From a virus (Duplodnaviria > Heunggongvirae > Uroviricota > Caudoviricetes), in IMG/VR virus record IMGVR_UViG_2537561992_000040: a DNA stretch of 6,107 bases. One strand, 5' to 3'. The translations under genes and the position numbers were made by a program. The notes under the pieces were generated by a model, which had not been told where the DNA came from, did no database searches, and worked only from the letters and a program-made list of their open reading frames with translations. Positions 1 to 6,107 of the stretch are shown one piece after another. Position 1 is the stretch's first letter. Each line of letters starts with the position of its first letter.

Positions 1-342
1 ATGATGAAAAAAAGTATTCTGACGTTTCTGTTACTCACCAGTTCTGCAGCGGCGCTGGCTGCACCGCAGGTGATTACCGTCAGTCGTTTTGAAGTGGGTA
101 AAGACAAATGGGCGTTTAATCGCGAAGAGGTGATGCTGACTTGCAGACCGGGTAATGCTTTGTATGTCATTAACCCAAGTACCCTCGTGCAGTATCCTTT
201 AAACGATATCGCACAAAAGGAAGTTGCCAGTGGGAAGACTAAAGCCCAACCCATTTCGGTGATTCAGATTGATGATCCTAACAATCCCGGCGAAAAAATG
301 AGTCTGGCACCGTTTATAGAACGAGCTGAAAAACTCTGTTAA
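1..342 (+). CDS. yebY: Small secreted/periplasmic protein, YebY-like (DUF2511 family), 113 aa
   Basis: ATG at 1, stop at 340-342. N-terminus [23 protein letters not shown] looks like a Sec signal peptide with an ALA-A cleavage motif. Length and sequence match my recollection of E. coli YebY, the last gene of the yobA-yebZ-yebY cluster. A hairpin terminator follows directly. Name is from memory, not a search. Confidence 0.7.
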   Translation: MMKKSILTFLLLTSSAAALAAPQVITVSRFEVGKDKWAFNREEVMLTCRPGNALYVINPSTLVQYPLNDIAQKEVASGKTKAQPISVIQIDDPNNPGEKMSLAPFIERAEKLC

Positions 343-371
343 TTACCTAAAATAGCCTTTTGATTTCCAAT

Positions 372-412
372 AAAAAACCGCCTCAGTTCTTTCACCAGAA
401 CGGGCGGTTTTT
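372..412. terminator. Bidirectional Rho-independent terminator (yebY on +, candidate RyeA on -)
   Basis: Stem AAAACCGCC (374-382) pairs with GGCGGTTTT (403-411), with inner GTTCT/AGAAC pairing. T-run 408-412 on the + strand and A-run 372-377 (T-run on the - strand), so it can terminate in both directions. Confidence 0.6.
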
Positions 413-483
413 AACATTTCAGCTGATGACCACCACGCTTTTTATTGACCATTTTGCACGCAAACTGGAAAACCTGGCGTCGT

Positions 484-497
484 CATCTATTCTTAAA
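484..497 (+). promoter_or_regulatory. Sigma-S-type -10 element for the SdsR-like sRNA
   Basis: TCTATTCTTAA at 486-496 matches the extended sigma-S -10 pattern (T/C at -14/-13, TATACT-like hexamer, TAA downstream). The predicted start about 7 nt downstream coincides with the GCAAGG 5' end at 500. No convincing -35, as is common for sigma-S promoters. Confidence 0.5.
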
Positions 498-499
498 GG

Positions 500-602
500 G
501 CAAGGCAACTAAGCCTGCATTAATGCCAACTTTTAGCGCACGGCTCTCTCCCAAGAGCCATTTCCCTGGACCGAATACAGGAATCGTATTCGGTCTTTTT
601 TT
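500..602 (+). ncRNA. sdsR: SdsR (RyeB)-like small RNA, about 103 nt
   Basis: Sits between yebY and the prophage junction. 5' end GCAAGGCAACUAAGCCUGCAUUAAUGCC... matches what I recall of SdsR. 3' hairpin CCGAATAC(571-578)/GTATTCGG(586-593) is followed by UCUUUUUUU (594-602). The sigma-S -10 upstream fits the known RpoS dependence of SdsR. Confidence 0.65.
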
Positions 603-668
603 AATTGTATTTAAAATCAATTAGTTGCAAACGTCTCCCCGAAATTACTCGAAATTTACTCGAATTTC
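584..668. other. Candidate prophage attL (core in sRNA 3' end, IHF site, arm-type repeats)
   Basis: Layout parallels lambda attL (bacterial DNA, core, H' IHF site, P' arm sites, int). Candidate core is the sdsR terminator 3' half (586-602). AAATCAATTAGTTG at 615-627 matches the IHF consensus WATCAANNNNTTR. Tandem direct repeats GAAATTACTC / GAAATTTACTC lie at 641-661. The int stop is at 694-696, with int reading toward the site. Confidence 0.45.
641..668. repeat. Tandem direct repeats GAAAT(T)TACTC x2 plus a partial third (GAATTTC); putative integrase arm-type sites
   Basis: 641-650 GAAATTACTC, 651-661 GAAATTTACTC, 662-668 GAATTTC. Position between the candidate core and the int 3' end matches lambda P' arm-site placement. 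Confidence 0.45.
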
Positions 669-693
669 TGTATTCCGGTCTTTTTTGGTTATA

Positions 694-1809
694 TCACAAC
701 CAAAACACATTTAACAATCCATTTACGTTAAAATCAGAGCAGTAGTACGTTTTTTCTCTCTCATCAAGATACATTTTTGTTGTCTTCTCCGATGTGTGGC
801 CAAGTAGACGTTGAGCAAATTCTTCCCCACATGTTTCTTTGTACAATCGTCCAGCCAGGCTTCTGATCTCGTGAAAAGTTGGTGGGTTTTCACTGAACTG
901 GATACCTGTTAATTTTCTGGCTGCGACAAATTTCTTTGTCAGGCCGTCCGGGTGAATGCTGCCGTCAGGGCTGTTTTTTCTAATCCCGGCACTGATTAGA
1001 TAATCCCCCCTACTTACCATGCGGCACTGTTCAACTACTGTACCAAGTCGTAAACCAGCGACAGGAAGGCTGAGTGACAGGGGGATAGCAATCATCATTC
1101 CTGTCTTAATTTGCCTGATGTGGAGACGATCATCATAAATCTCACTGAACCGCATATTTGTTATGTCTTCGCGACGTTGTCCTGTTACAAGGGCTAAGTC
1201 CATAGCTAATGGGAACCATGTCGGAAGTTGATCTGCTGCCTCCCTGATGCAGTTGTATGTCTTTAGTTTCAGCCGTTCTCTTGTAACTACTATTTTCGGT
1301 GCTCTTGTTGGCGTTACTGGATTTTGAGATATACGTCCTTCAACAATGGCCTCGCGGAACATATCAGATAACACAGAACGCATTGATCCTGCCATCGTGT
1401 TTTTCCCTCCTTCAATCCACAAATCAAGAAACTCGGCAATATGGCGAGTGGTTATTTCTGTCAGTAAAACCCCTCCTAATTTTTCTTTTATTGTCTCCAG
1501 TTGATTTACCCGAATTTTATAAGTATTTCTGGACACTTTTCTCCTTATAAGAATCGTTTTGTAACGTTCAATCCAGTCTGCCATAGTAAATGAGTCGAAC
1601 CCTTTTAGTTTTTCAATTAAGGCAGCAGGAGAGTAGTTTTTGTATATATAATGATTTGCTTCAATTGCCTGCGCTACTGCATCTCTTCTTGAAATTTTAC
1701 CTAGTGTAAATTCTTCTTTCGTCAGAGGGTTGCGCCAGTAATATGCTTTGTCCCTCCTTCGATATGTTAAGTTTTTAGGTAAATTGGGATCGTATTTTTT
1801 CCGCTGCAT
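694..1809 (-). CDS. int: Lambda-family tyrosine integrase, 371 aa
   Basis: N-terminus ...[27 protein letters not shown] parallels lambda Int ...PPNLYIRNNGYYCYRDPRTGKEFGLG. Catalytic-core motifs are present: TGQRREDI (Arg), [15 protein letters not shown] (His-x-x-Arg), [13 protein letters not shown] (His and Tyr nucleophile). Starts with ATG at 1809, overlapping the xis 3' end, and lies next to the att site. Confidence 0.9.
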
Positions 1810-2056
1810 GTTTTAACTTCTCCAGTAACGGACTGTCTCTCCCTTGTCGCCCATTAGGCTGATGGTGTGTTATATCGGTATCAACCTTATTTGGGTTGAT
1901 ATAGAAAGCTTCCGGAACCACCCTGTAACTCCTCCCGTGTAGTTCAGGTGCAGGATAAATGTTTCCATTCCTTGCCCATCGTCTCAGCGTTGATATTGAT
2001 GGTGGGTTATCCGGATATCTGAGTTTTCCCCACGTTTTGAGTGTCACAAGATTCAT
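1775..2056 (-). CDS. xis: Excisionase (lambda Xis-like), 93 aa from the second ATG
   Basis: MNLVTLKTWGKLRYPDNPPSISTLRRWARNGNIYPAPELHGRSYRV parallels lambda Xis MYLTLQEWNARQRRPRSLETVRRWVRECRIFPPPVKDGREYLF. Overlaps the int start by 35 nt, as xis-int does in lambda. SD AAGAGG has good spacing to the ATG at 2056; the ATG at 2062 is too close to the SD. Confidence 0.75.
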   Translation of the reverse strand: MNLVTLKTWGKLRYPDNPPSISTLRRWARNGNIYPAPELHGRSYRVVPEAFYINPNKVDTDITHHQPNGRQGRDSPLLEKLKHAAEKIRSQFT

Positions 2057-2162
2057 TGCCATACCTCTTACGATATGACCGCCAGTAAATATACAGAATA
2101 CTGGCGGGTGTGGTTGATTTTTAATAATCAGCTATGAAGTTCTAATTTGTATATAATGCAAC

Positions 2163-2351
2163 TCACGAGGACAGAAGTTTCTCGCAATTAAAATTTATCA
2201 GCTTTACTTTCTGCTCTCTGGACACGCCTGCTTCTTTTTTCCCTGAGAGCATTTTTTCGCATTCTGATTTCGTTAATTTAGATTTTGAATATCTTGTCCA
2301 GTTAGTAGGAGTGCCACCTTCTTTTTCAATAGTGGCAGTTATTTTATACAT
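2163..2351 (-). CDS. Small hypothetical protein, YdaC-like by position (62 aa)
   Basis: Internal ATG at 2351 is preceded by GGAGGT at about 5 nt spacing and overlaps the ralR stop (ATG at 2349-2351, TAA at 2344-2346), suggesting translational coupling. Occupies the position of ydaC between xis and ralR in Rac. The 86-aa form in the ORF track (start 2423) would overlap ralR by 80 nt and is less likely. Confidence 0.5.
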   Translation of the reverse strand: MYKITATIEKEGGTPTNWTRYSKSKLTKSECEKMLSGKKEAGVSREQKVKLINFNCEKLLSS

Positions 2352-2538
2352 GAACACCTCCATTATTATTTCCAGTAGTTCGTTTATTCCATCTTTCGAG
2401 TGCTTCTTTTTCACTTCCACCATAGCCAGTTCGGGATTCGCATCCGTTGCATTTTGCCCGGTAATATCCTGAAATTGCTTTCACTGTAACAGATGGACAA
2501 CCACAAAACGGACATGGTTTAACATCGTCATATCTCAT
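2344..2538 (-). CDS. ralR: RalR/Lar-like restriction-alleviation protein and type I toxin (64 aa)
   Basis: MRYDDVKPCPFCGCPSVTVKAISGYYRAKCNGCESRTGYGGSEKEALERWNKRTTGNNNGGVHV has a CxxC...CxxC zinc-ribbon-like pattern, and matches the length and sequence I recall for Rac RalR (Lar). Lies immediately downstream of recT as in Rac. In-frame ATGs at 2550 and 2577 are alternative starts; none has a strong SD. Confidence 0.75.
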   Translation of the reverse strand: MRYDDVKPCPFCGCPSVTVKAISGYYRAKCNGCESRTGYGGSEKEALERWNKRTTGNNNGGVHV

Positions 2539-2594
2539 AATTTTTGTCATAAAAACTGTCTCACGTTGGCGGTGCATTACACCGCCAGGCTGAA

Positions 2595-3404
2595 TTATTC
2601 TTCTGAATTATCGATTACACTGTATTCCCCGGTTAATACAGAGGAGTCTGCCGGATCGATTGTCAGTGGTTCCTTTTCATCCATTGATACTGCACGCTGG
2701 ATTTCAATTGAGACAGGCAGGTATTTAAACAGGCGACGAATAGCCGTTTTTTTTGCCATTTCTTCCCAGTGAGTTACCCATGGCCCGTTATTACCAGCCT
2801 TACTCTGGCTGCGCACCAGTTCAATCTGTTTGCGCGTCATAACTTCAAACTGAGTCCCTCCGTCTTTCAGTCTTGCGACAGCATAGACGTGGGTCACTGG
2901 TGCATCTTCGTTTTCTCCCGGGCGGTGTATTAACTTTTCATCAAGGCCAAATTCAAAACTAAACTCGTCACCTTCACGGACAACACGGGCTGACAGGCTG
3001 GCGATTTGACCAGAACGGCGAGCCAGATCAATCATGCCGCGATAACCAATGATTAGCTGAACGTTCTTTTTACCGCTCTTTTCGTTTTTATTACCAAAAG
3101 GCAGTAAATATGCGTGGCCGAGGGCGCTACCTGGCTCAAGGCCGAGCTGTGAACACTGAACGATCGCACTGACAAAACTCATGGTGTCACAGTTTCCTAG
3201 CGCCGGAACCTTACGAATTTCTGTGGTGGCGATACGTATCATTCGTTCAGCCGTCATATGGCGTGGGAGAGCTGCTGCCAGTTGCTCTTTCATTGATGGC
3301 TGATTAATAAAGCTGATCACGTCGTTATTTTTTACTGCTGCTGGTGCACGGTTTCCCTGGGTTTTTTGCAGATCGGCTTTTGCGATAGGTGGTTGCTTAG
3401 TCAT
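2595..3404 (-). CDS. recT: RecT single-strand annealing protein, 269 aa
   Basis: From [16 protein letters not shown]... the ORF matches RecT of the Rac prophage in length and sequence as I recall it. SD AAGGAG sits 7 nt before the ATG at 3404. The start overlaps the recE stop by 8 nt (ATGACTAA), the known recE-recT arrangement. The track's 288-aa start lies inside recE and is rejected. Confidence 0.9.
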   Translation of the reverse strand: MTKQPPIAKADLQKTQGNRAPAAVKNNDVISFINQPSMKEQLAAALPRHMTAERMIRIATTEIRKVPALGNCDTMSFVSAIVQCSQLGLEPGSALGHAYLLPFGNKNEKSGKKNVQLIIGYRGMIDLARRSGQIASLSARVVREGDEFSFEFGLDEKLIHRPGENEDAPVTHVYAVARLKDGGTQFEVMTRKQIELVRSQSKAGNNGPWVTHWEEMAKKTAIRRLFKYLPVSIEIQRAVSMDEKEPLTIDPADSSVLTGEYSVIDNSEE

Positions 3405-5767
3405 TTGCATACTCCTTAGCCCAGCGGGGCAGTGATAACGTTTTAATAGCTGGCCATTCATCGGTATTCAGGCAGTCAGCCAGGGTCCTCAGATTGCGGT
3501 GATATTCCTGCTGGCCTGCCAGTTTTGCTTCTTCGCCCATCATGAAAATCTCAACCGGGTAACGTCCGCATTCAACAGTTGTGCTGGCAACCAGAAAAAC
3601 GAAAGTTGGCAGCACGCCAAACTGTGCTTCATAACCGTCACTGTAGAATGCATCCTGAACGTGATAGCGGTAGTCGTAATAAGCCGTTTTGAATCGTTGA
3701 ATATCCGCTGTGGTTTTCACGTCCATGATCCAGTGAAATTCAGGAATAATTTTGTCCGGACGGCACCGACACAAAATTCCTGTTTCCGGATCTTCCCAGT
3801 AAATTGATGATTCAGCGTGTCCGGCGCTTTCAACAAGCCATTGCCCCAGCGGCAAAGCCATAACGCGTTGATACATGAGTTCAATTTTCCGGCCTTCTTC
3901 CGCAGTGATAACCGTTTTTCCTGTGCTTGCGCATTCCATCAGAAACGCTTTCTCTTCTTCTTTTCCGGCGTTTGTACGGCGGTTAAATTCAGGTGCTACG
4001 ATAAAGCGGTTACTGAATTCTTCCGGTTCAAGTACCCGGCAGTGGAAAGCGGTTCCTAAATCGAGCGTTTTTGTCTTTGTAGTGTCCACGGGGGCATTTT
4101 TACGCCACAAATACAGTGCCGGAGTATCAGCAATGTCATCGAGCTGAGACTTACTGACGCCGGGACCCGCGTGGTAATTCTCATTCGAAATTCCGTAATA
4201 AATACCTGGCTCTATGTCTTCTACGATTACGGGATCTGCGACTTCGCCAGTTTCATCACTGCAATCGCGATGCGGATCGCTGCCAGCATTCTCATTGTGC
4301 GGATGTTCAGCGCCTTCCATTTCCTCCGGATCTTTTTCCTTAGCTTCAACCTGATTCTCTTCACCGAATGTTTCCTGGTATGTTGCGTCGCCCATCACCG
4401 CACCACAGTCAGGGCAGTTATCCCCGCCAGTCTGACCGCAGGCATTGCAGACTATTTCCGGTTCCTGTTGCACTACTGGCTCAGGTTGTTTCGCATCCGG
4501 GCTGATTTTTTCCGTTTCTGGCTGGTTCTGGTACACAGAATCGCGAGTCTGGATCCCCTTAACCCATTTCGGATCGTTCGGGTCGCTAATTCCGTCAACA
4601 AATTCACCACGTGATGCAGCAAGCAATTTATCGGCATCGACAGGATTTTTTGATGGAATGTTTTTCCGGGCTTCATGGAGTTCTGCCCGCAGTTCCTGAT
4701 ATTTCGCATCAACAGAATTTACCTGTGACTGAGCATCCAGCGGCTGCGTGTTCTGATGATGTTCAGTTGCATTCGGTTCCACTGTTTCAGCCGTTGCCTG
4801 TTCATCTGCCATTGCGCCAGATGGTTGTGGTTTTTCTTCATCGTCCTGTTTTCCTTCTTCTGTTACTCGTTGCGGCATCGGGGCCGAGGAGCGACCGCAG
4901 GCAATATCCACGATTTCCGGATCAGGGTTGGCATGATCGGTTTCAGTCAGTACTTTGTTCAGATATTCAGTGACGTGTGCGGGGATGACCTCGATCCCAA
5001 TTGGTGCTTCTTTCACGGACGCAACCACGATGGCGCGGGAATAATCCAGCCCGCCAGGCATGGTGATGAATTTGTCGCGGAAAACAGAAAAGGGTGGTTT
5101 ATTTTCAGCGATAATTTCCTCAATGCGTTTAGCGTGTGCCGGATGAAGGTTATAGATGTCCACGTCCATTGAACGGGCCAGTACGCCAGTGGCTACATCG
5201 CGCGCCAGTGATGTCAGATCGTGGACGAAACCTTCGCCGCGATCGGTGAGGTTCCCGCCGCCAGCATTAGCACCGGAAGCCGTGCGAGTGATGCGTGAAA
5301 CACGATTCCCTTTTCGCCATTCTTTTGTCAGAAGACCGCGATCAATGTGTTCGGTATCCAGCCAGGCTGAAATGAAATTCTTAAATTCATAGGGCTGATG
5401 TTTTTTCGTGATAGAGAACACTGCCTTAATTGCATCAGTCAGGCGGAGCAGGGCGGCATTATCCAGAGTTGTCGGTTCTGCCATGCTGCGTATGGCCAAC
5501 AGCAGATTCTGGACATAGCTGTTTTCCTGATCCATCTCAAGAGCAGTAATGTGTTTGCGTTGTTCACGGGTGGCATGATGCAGGTATTTTCGATCCCCGG
5601 CTGCATACGTAAAAATGTGCAGAAGACGCTGTGTGAACCGCAAAGTGGCTACAGAGACTTCGCAATCCTGGCAATCCTCGTGGGCGTCTGCCTGCGCGTT
5701 TTCTTCCTGGCCTCCCGTCGGTTCTTCGGTTTCCGGTGCATCCTCCTGATGGTGAACGTCGTCTGGC
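3397..5767 (-). CDS. recE: RecE (exodeoxyribonuclease VIII), 5'-truncated by an IS insertion; C-terminal nuclease region intact
   Basis: C-terminus ...[56 protein letters not shown] and the internal region DRGLLTKEW...[27 protein letters not shown] match recalled RecE. The frame stays open up to the IS terminal repeat at 5768. The track ORF reaches 5793 only by using a GTG inside the IS end. About 790 recE codons remain, against 866 in K-12 RecE (recalled), implying roughly 75 N-terminal codons displaced. Confidence 0.85.
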
Positions 5768-5795
5768 TGAGGTAGCCTGAGTTTAACGGACACTC
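5768..5795 (+). repeat. Left terminal inverted repeat (IRL) of the IS600-like element
   Basis: TG-initiated terminus with the conserved GGACAC block at the same offset as in IS3. Exact inner boundary is uncertain, and the partner IRR is outside the window. Confidence 0.5.
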
Positions 5796-5831
5796 CTTCC
5801 TGAAATAGAATGGCATCAGAAGGAGCTAATA

Positions 5832-6107
5832 ATGAGCAGAAAAACCCAACGTTACTCTAAAGAGTTCAAAGCCGAAGCTGTCAGAACGGTTCTTGAAAAT
5901 CAACTTTCGATCAGTGAAGGCGCTTCCCGATTATCTCTTCCTGAAGGCACTTTAGGACAATGGGTTACCGCCGCCAGAAAAGGGCTCGGTACTCCTGGTT
6001 CCCGCACGGTGGCTGAACTGGAATCTGAAATTCTGCAACTGCGTAAGGCGTTAAATGAAGCTCGCCTTGAGCGAGATATATTAAAAAAAGCAACAGCGTA
6101 TTTTGCA
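5832..6107 (+). CDS. IS3-family transposase OrfA (helix-turn-helix plus leucine-zipper region), partial with 3' end beyond window
   Basis: SD AGGAG at 5821-5825 sits 6 nt before the ATG at 5832. [45 protein letters not shown] has an HTH-like segment, and [30 protein letters not shown] is the heptad leucine-zipper region typical of IS3 OrfA just upstream of the frameshift site. Confidence 0.85.
   Translation, partial: MSRKTQRYSKEFKAEAVRTVLENQLSISEGASRLSLPEGTLGQWVTAARKGLGTPGSRTVAELESEILQLRKALNEARLERDILKKATAYFA
6083..6089 (+). promoter_or_regulatory. Candidate -1 programmed ribosomal frameshift slippery heptamer (A AAA AAA G) for an OrfAB fusion
   Basis: Zero-frame codons are TTA AAA AAA GCA, giving the heptamer A_AAA_AAA at 6083-6089 followed by G. 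It sits at the end of the zipper region, where IS3-family elements carry their A6G-type frameshift signal. The downstream stimulatory structure is outside the window. Confidence 0.45.

Larger units (their letters stand above)
368..640 (-). ncRNA. ryeA: Candidate RyeA (SraC) antisense sRNA spanning the SdsR locus; 5' boundary uncertain
   Basis: In E. coli, RyeA is transcribed opposite to and fully overlaps SdsR, ending next to yebY. The minus-strand face of the 372-412 terminator fits its 3' end. I could not identify a promoter, and the 5' end or promoter may be phage-derived or lost here. Confidence 0.3.
603..5767. mobile_element. Left arm of a lambdoid Rac-like prophage (att-int-xis-ydaC-like-ralR-recT-recE), truncated on the right by an IS element
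   Basis: Gene order and orientation match the Rac prophage left arm (int, xis, ydaC, ralR, recT, recE), all on one strand pointing toward the att junction. Left boundary is approximate, somewhere between 586 and 690. Confidence 0.7.
5768..6107 (+). mobile_element. IS3-family insertion sequence, IS600-like, left end plus 5' part of orfA (continues beyond window)
   Basis: Terminal sequence TGAGGTAGCCTGAGTTTAACGGACAC begins with TG and aligns in spacing with the IS3 left repeat (TGATCTTACCCAGCAATAGTGGACAC, recalled). orfA starts 64 bp inside. The OrfA sequence matches my recollection of IS600 OrfA. Confidence 0.75.

Noticed and set aside
445-450. TTGACC hexamer as a -35 for the sRNA promoter
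   Set aside because: Spacing to the -10 at 488-493 is about 37 bp, far too long. Sigma-S promoters commonly lack a -35, so it was not annotated.
1299-1550. 83-aa + strand ORF inside the integrase gene
   Set aside because: Antisense to int, with a hydrophobic low-complexity translation and no start context; shadow ORF.
2352-2423. 86-aa version of the ydaC-like ORF starting at 2423
   Set aside because: It would overlap ralR by 80 nt in another frame. The internal ATG at 2351 has a strong SD and a stop/start overlap with ralR.
2566-2772. 68-aa + strand ORF overlapping the recT 3' end
   Set aside because: Antisense to the well-supported recT, with no SD; shadow ORF.
3405-3461. Upstream ATG at 3461 giving a 288-aa RecT
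   Set aside because: The extension lies inside the recE coding region and lacks an SD. The ATG at 3404 has AAGGAG at correct spacing and gives the 269-aa RecT length.
4473-4712. 79-aa minus-strand ORF within recE in another frame
   Set aside because: Fully embedded in the recE coding frame on the same strand, with no independent start signals.
3499-5775. Nine + strand ORFs (78-147 aa) tiled across the recE region
   Set aside because: All lie antisense to a long, well-supported recE reading frame, have no convincing SD or promoter context, and their translations are low-complexity (Phe/Leu/Arg-rich), typical of antisense shadow ORFs.
5768-5793. GTG start at 5791-5793 giving a 798-aa RecE ORF
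   Set aside because: The first 9 codons are encoded by the IS terminal repeat and the SD-like sequence directly abuts the GTG. This is an ORF-finder extension across the insertion junction, not the native recE start.
1-6107. CRISPR arrays, tRNA or rRNA genes, Chi sites
   Set aside because: No regularly spaced direct repeats, no tRNA-like cloverleaf candidate at the att junction (integration is at an sRNA terminator instead), and no exact GCTGGTGG on either strand that I could find by eye. The GCTGGTGC at 3337 is a near miss only.

Overview
This window is the left junction of a lambdoid, Rac-like prophage in an Escherichia/Shigella-type chromosome, inserted just downstream of a yebY-like gene at the SdsR(RyeB)/RyeA small-RNA locus. 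Host side (1-602): a 113-aa secreted protein resembling YebY, a bidirectional terminator, and an SdsR-like sRNA with a sigma-S-type -10 element and its own terminator. Junction (584-690): a lambda-style attL layout, with the sRNA 3' end as candidate core, an IHF consensus site, tandem arm-type repeats and a degenerate second copy of the sRNA 3' end. Prophage (694-5767, all minus strand): lambda-family integrase, overlapping excisionase, a small YdaC-like ORF coupled to a RalR/Lar-like 64-aa toxin gene, recT (269 aa) and recE. The recE frame runs open into the terminal repeat of an IS3-family element (IS600-like), whose orfA starts at 5832 and runs off the window, so recE appears 5'-truncated by the insertion. 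I found nothing that requires a novel system; the most interesting points are the sRNA-locus integration, the IS-disrupted recET module, and a possible antisense RNA opposite the ralR/ydaC-like pair. All identifications are from reading the sequence and recalled family features; no database search was run.
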